Assembly (NCBI GenBank): GCA_016748015.1
Contig: JAAOMT010000299.1
Span: 843,090 to 907,089, forward strand
Direction of reading: 5' to 3'
Length of the DNA: 64,000 nt
DNA from: Geosiphon pyriformis uo1
Lineage: Eukaryota; Fungi; Glomeromycota
The position numbers and the translations under genes are program-made. A model generated the notes under the pieces. It was not told the DNA's origin, made no database searches, and saw only the letters and a list, made by a program, of their open reading frames with translations. Positions 63,247 through 64,000 of the stretch are shown piece by piece. Every line of letters starts with the position of its first letter. Within the stretch, counting starts at the first letter, position 1.

Positions 63247-63764
63247 TATTGCCTTGATTGGCTCGAATGGCCGGTCACATATAGCAAATGTGTGAACCAT
63301 GTTTAGTTGACTACTTTTTTTTGTAACTTATTCTAGACTTTAGTTGGGCTGCACTTGTTAATAAATAAATAAATAAATAAAAAAATTAAAAATTAAATAT
63401 CATATAATTTTATTAAAAAAATTGAAAATTTTTTTTTACTATTTATTTCAATTATTATTTTACAATATTATTTTATTAAGCTTATTAATCCAATTAAGAT
63501 AGATTTAAAAATATTTTTCCATTTTTTTTTAAAAATCTCTCTAATTTACTATAATTTTAAACTATTTTTTTTACTTTTTTTTTAATAATAGCCTAAAATT
63601 TTATTATTAAATTTAAGTCAAAACTATTAAATAGTATTATTTATATAAAAAAATAGAAAAACATAATAGTATAAAAATAGTTAATAGCAAAATAAAAGAT
63701 TATTAGAACATATAATATTAAGAATTTTAGGAATACTAATAAAAATTTCAGAAATTTTAGACAT

Positions 63765-64000
63765 TGTTATAAATGATTATTTGGGATGTTAATACAAGTA
63801 ATAAATTTATAACTTGGTATTCAATAATTGGTGATATTAGTAATATCTGAAGGTTTTCATAATCTGAAGATTTTGGTGAAGTCTTTTGTATAATTAACAG
63901 AGATTCAATAATTGTTTTAGTAGTCTCCCAAAATGATTATTTTATCAATTTTTTTTTCAGTATAGTGGTAATTTATTTTGGCAGTTATGTTCTTTTGATA
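63765..64000 (-). repeat. U5 end of another family-A LTR running out of the window
   Basis: TGTTATAAATGATTATTTGGG is the reverse complement of the family-A LTR 3' end. Confidence 0.8.

Larger units (their letters stand above)
56548..63385 (+). mobile_element. Near full-length non-LTR retrotransposon (LINE) with RNase H, inactivated
   Basis: Short 5' UTR, ORF1, ORF2, ~110-bp 3' UTR and (TAAA)n tail at ~63358-63385. Confidence 0.93.

Overview
A very AT-rich eukaryotic repeat region, most likely from an early-diverging fungus. The protein sequences resemble Glomeromycotina/Geosiphon-type elements, but this is from recall and is not proven. Positions 1-53.2 kb form a nest of decayed Ty3/Gypsy LTR retrotransposons up to about 6 levels deep, which I reconstructed from LTR termini (TGTTA...TAACA), PBS, PPT and 4-bp TSDs. 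Full-length copies encode one gag-PR-Cys-rich domain-dUTPase-RT-RNaseH-IN frame, followed by an uncharacterised ~200-aa ORF3. All copies are riddled with C>T/G>A transitions. Positions 56.5-63.4 kb hold a near full-length LINE (ORF1 RRM/CCHC; ORF2 APE-RT-RNaseH). The only intact host gene is missed by the ORF track: a spliced 55-aa monomeric beta-thymosin (WH2) gene at 54227-54574, on a small CpG-retaining island between extreme AT deserts. Other notable points are a conserved GTG start for gag in two divergent families, a non-initiator-Met PBS, central-YR target sites, and LTR divergence that contradicts the nesting order.
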